A stretch of DNA of 27,476 nucleotides. Source: Utricularia gibba. Taxonomy: Eukaryota > Plantae > Magnoliophyta. Location: positions 1 through 27,476 of the forward strand of contig NEEC01000496.1 of assembly GCA_002189035.1 (NCBI GenBank), written 5' to 3'. The notes below the pieces were generated by a model. The model was not told the origin of the DNA. It searched no databases and saw only the letters and a program-made list of their open reading frames with translations. Both the position numbers and the translations under genes were made by a program. Below, piece after piece: positions 25,301 to 27,476 of the stretch (position 1 is the first letter of the stretch; every line of letters starts with the position of its first letter).

Positions 25301-27476
25301 AAGTAAGTTGTTGAAAAAATCATGTGGGGTGCACGTGATATCGTAATTTAAACAAAGGCATCATTTTTTTTTAATCGATTTGCATCCGGTTGACCTCATG
25401 AGCCATACAGAATCGGGGTCAAGGACCAAGTTCCCAGCGAGACTGGCCGCCACAAAACGAGAAGCTGTTCCTTGAAAAACCATGTAGGCAGCCCCCAAAA
25501 ACTGAACGTTAATAAATACATCACTTTTTTCCGAGCTACAACTAACTCTCGGCGCAAGCCAAACCTGACCTTTGTCCCGTTCTAGGTGCACCCCAAGACC
25601 GCCTCCAAGTATAAAGTAAGTTGTTGAAAAAATCATGTGGGGTGCACGTGATATCGTAATTTAAACAAAGGCATCATTTTCTTTAATCGATTTGCATCCG
25701 GTTGACCTCATGAGCCATACAGAATCGGGGTCAAGGACCAAGTTCCCAGCGAGACTGGCCGCCACAAACGAGAAGCTGTTCCTTGAAAAACCATGTAGGC
25801 AGCCCCCAAAACTGAACGTTAATAAATACATCACTTTATTTGCCGAGCTACAACTAACTCTCGGCGCAAGCCAAACCTGACCTTTGTCCCGTTCTAGGTG
25901 CACCCAAGACCGCCTCCTCAAGTATAAAGTAAGTTGTTGAAAAAAATCATGTGGGGTGCACGTGATATCGTAATTTAAACAAAGGCATCATTTTTTTAAT
26001 CGATTTGCATCCGGTTGACCTCATGAGCCATACAGAATCGGGGTCAAGGACCAAGTTCCCAGCGAGACTGGCCGCCACAAAACGAGAAGCTGTTCCTTGA
26101 AAAACCATGTAGGCAGCCCCAAAACTGAACGTTAATAAATACATCACTTTATTTTCCGAGCTACAACTAACTCTCGCGCAAGCCAAACCTGACCTTTGTC
26201 CCGTTCTAGGTGCACCCAAGACCGCCTCCTCAAGTATAAAGTAAGTTGTTGAAAAAATCATGTGGGGTGCACGTGATATCGTAATTTAAAAAAGGCATCA
26301 TTTTTTTAATCATTTGCATCCGGTTGACCTCATGAGCCATACATAATCGGGGTCAAGGACCAAGTTCCCAGCGAGACTGGCCGCCACAAAAACGAGAAGC
26401 TGTTCCTTGAAAAACCATGTAGGCAGCCCCCAAAACTGAACGTTAATAAATACATCACTTTATTTTCCCGAGCTACAACTAACTCTCGGCGCAAGCCAAA
26501 CCTGACCTTTGTCCCGTTCTAGGTGCACCCAAGACCGCCTCCTCAAGTATAAAGTAAGTTGTTGAAAAAATCATGTGGGTGCACGTGATATCGTAATTTA
26601 AACAAAGGCATCATTTTCTTTAATCGATTTCCATCCGGTTGACCTCATGAGCCATACAGAATCGGGGTCAAGGACCAAGTTCCCAGCGAGACTGGCCGCC
26701 ACAAAACGAGAAGCTGTTCCTTGAAAAACCATGTAGGCAGCCCCCAAAAACTGAACGTTAATAAATACATCACTTTATTTCCGAGCTACAACTAACTCTC
26801 GGCGCAAGCCAAACCTGACCTTTGTCCCGTTCTAGGTGCACCCCAAGACCGCCTCCTCAAGTATAAAGTAAGTTGTTTGAAAAAATCATGTGGGGTGCAC
26901 GTGATATCGTAATTTAAACAAAGGCATCATTTTTTTTAATCGATTTGCATCCGGTTGACCTCATGAGCCATACAGAATCGGGGTCAAGGACCAAGTTCCC
27001 AGCGAGACTGGCCGCCACAAAACGAGAAGCTGTTCCTTGAAAAACCATGTAGGCAGCCCCCAAAACTGAACGTTAATAAATACATCACTTTATTTGCCGA
27101 GCTACAACTAACTCTCGGCGCAAGCCAAACCTGACCTTTGTCCCGTTCTAGGTGCACCCCAAGACCGCCTCCTCAAGTATAAAGTAAGTTGTTGAAAAAA
27201 TCATGTGGGGTGCACGTGATATCGTAATTTAAAAAAGGCATCATTTTTTTTAATCAATTTGCATCCGGTTGACCTCATGAGCAATACATAATCGGGGTCA
27301 AGGACCAAGTTCCCAGCGAGACTGGCCGCCACAAAACGAGAAGCTGTTCCTTGAAAAACCATGTAGGCAGCCCCCCAAAACTGAACGTTAATAAATACAT
27401 CACTTTATTTCCGAGCTACAACTAACTCTCGGCGCAAGCCAAACCTGACCTTTGTCCCGTTCTAGGTGCACCCCAA

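Larger units (their letters stand above)
1..27476. repeat. Tandem satellite-like array, ~315-bp unit, 88 full copies + 1 partial, head-to-tail
   Basis: The anchor GGACCAAGTTCCCAGCGAGAC (degenerate in a few copies) recurs at 1, 311, 623, 937, 1250, 1563 ... 12982, 13297 ... 26672, 26988, 27302. Mean spacing is 27301/88 = ~310 bp; cleaner copies are 313-316 bp. There is no non-repeat sequence and no orientation switch anywhere in the window. Confidence 0.99.

Noticed and set aside
183-26261. All ORFs in the supplied track as genes
   Set aside because: They are 60-107-aa readings of the same repeat whose frames change with homopolymer indels. They have no recognisable domains and no consistent start or stop across copies.
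1-27476. Rolling-circle concatemer of a single 315-nt circle (viroid-like RNA, miniplasmid, eccDNA, R2C2 read)
   Set aside because: Linked multi-site haplotypes differ among copies, there is no exact higher-order period, and no splint or adapter is visible. Amplification of a very large multimeric circle cannot be formally excluded.
1-27476. CRISPR array
   Set aside because: There are no unique spacers; the entire 315 bp repeats.

Overview
The whole 27,476-bp window is one uninterrupted head-to-tail tandem array: 88 complete copies plus a 175-bp partial copy of a ~315-bp unit (about 45% GC, CpG not depleted), all in one orientation, with no flank, insertion or adapter. I can support no protein-coding gene, RNA gene, CRISPR array or mobile element. 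Every ORF in the track is a frameshifted reading of the same repeat, and all six frames of the consensus contain stops. The unit is itself a diverged heterodimer of two ~155-160-bp (nucleosome-sized) subunits. Copies carry linked substitution haplotypes, which point to a genuine genomic array rather than rolling-circle copies of one template. Frequent homopolymer indels and short dropouts suggest an unpolished long read or assembly. Best interpretation: a eukaryotic satellite DNA of (peri)centromeric or subtelomeric type that I do not recognise. Host and function cannot be determined from this window, and the more exotic ideas below (splice-signal cassette, folded RNA, receptor-site array) are speculative.
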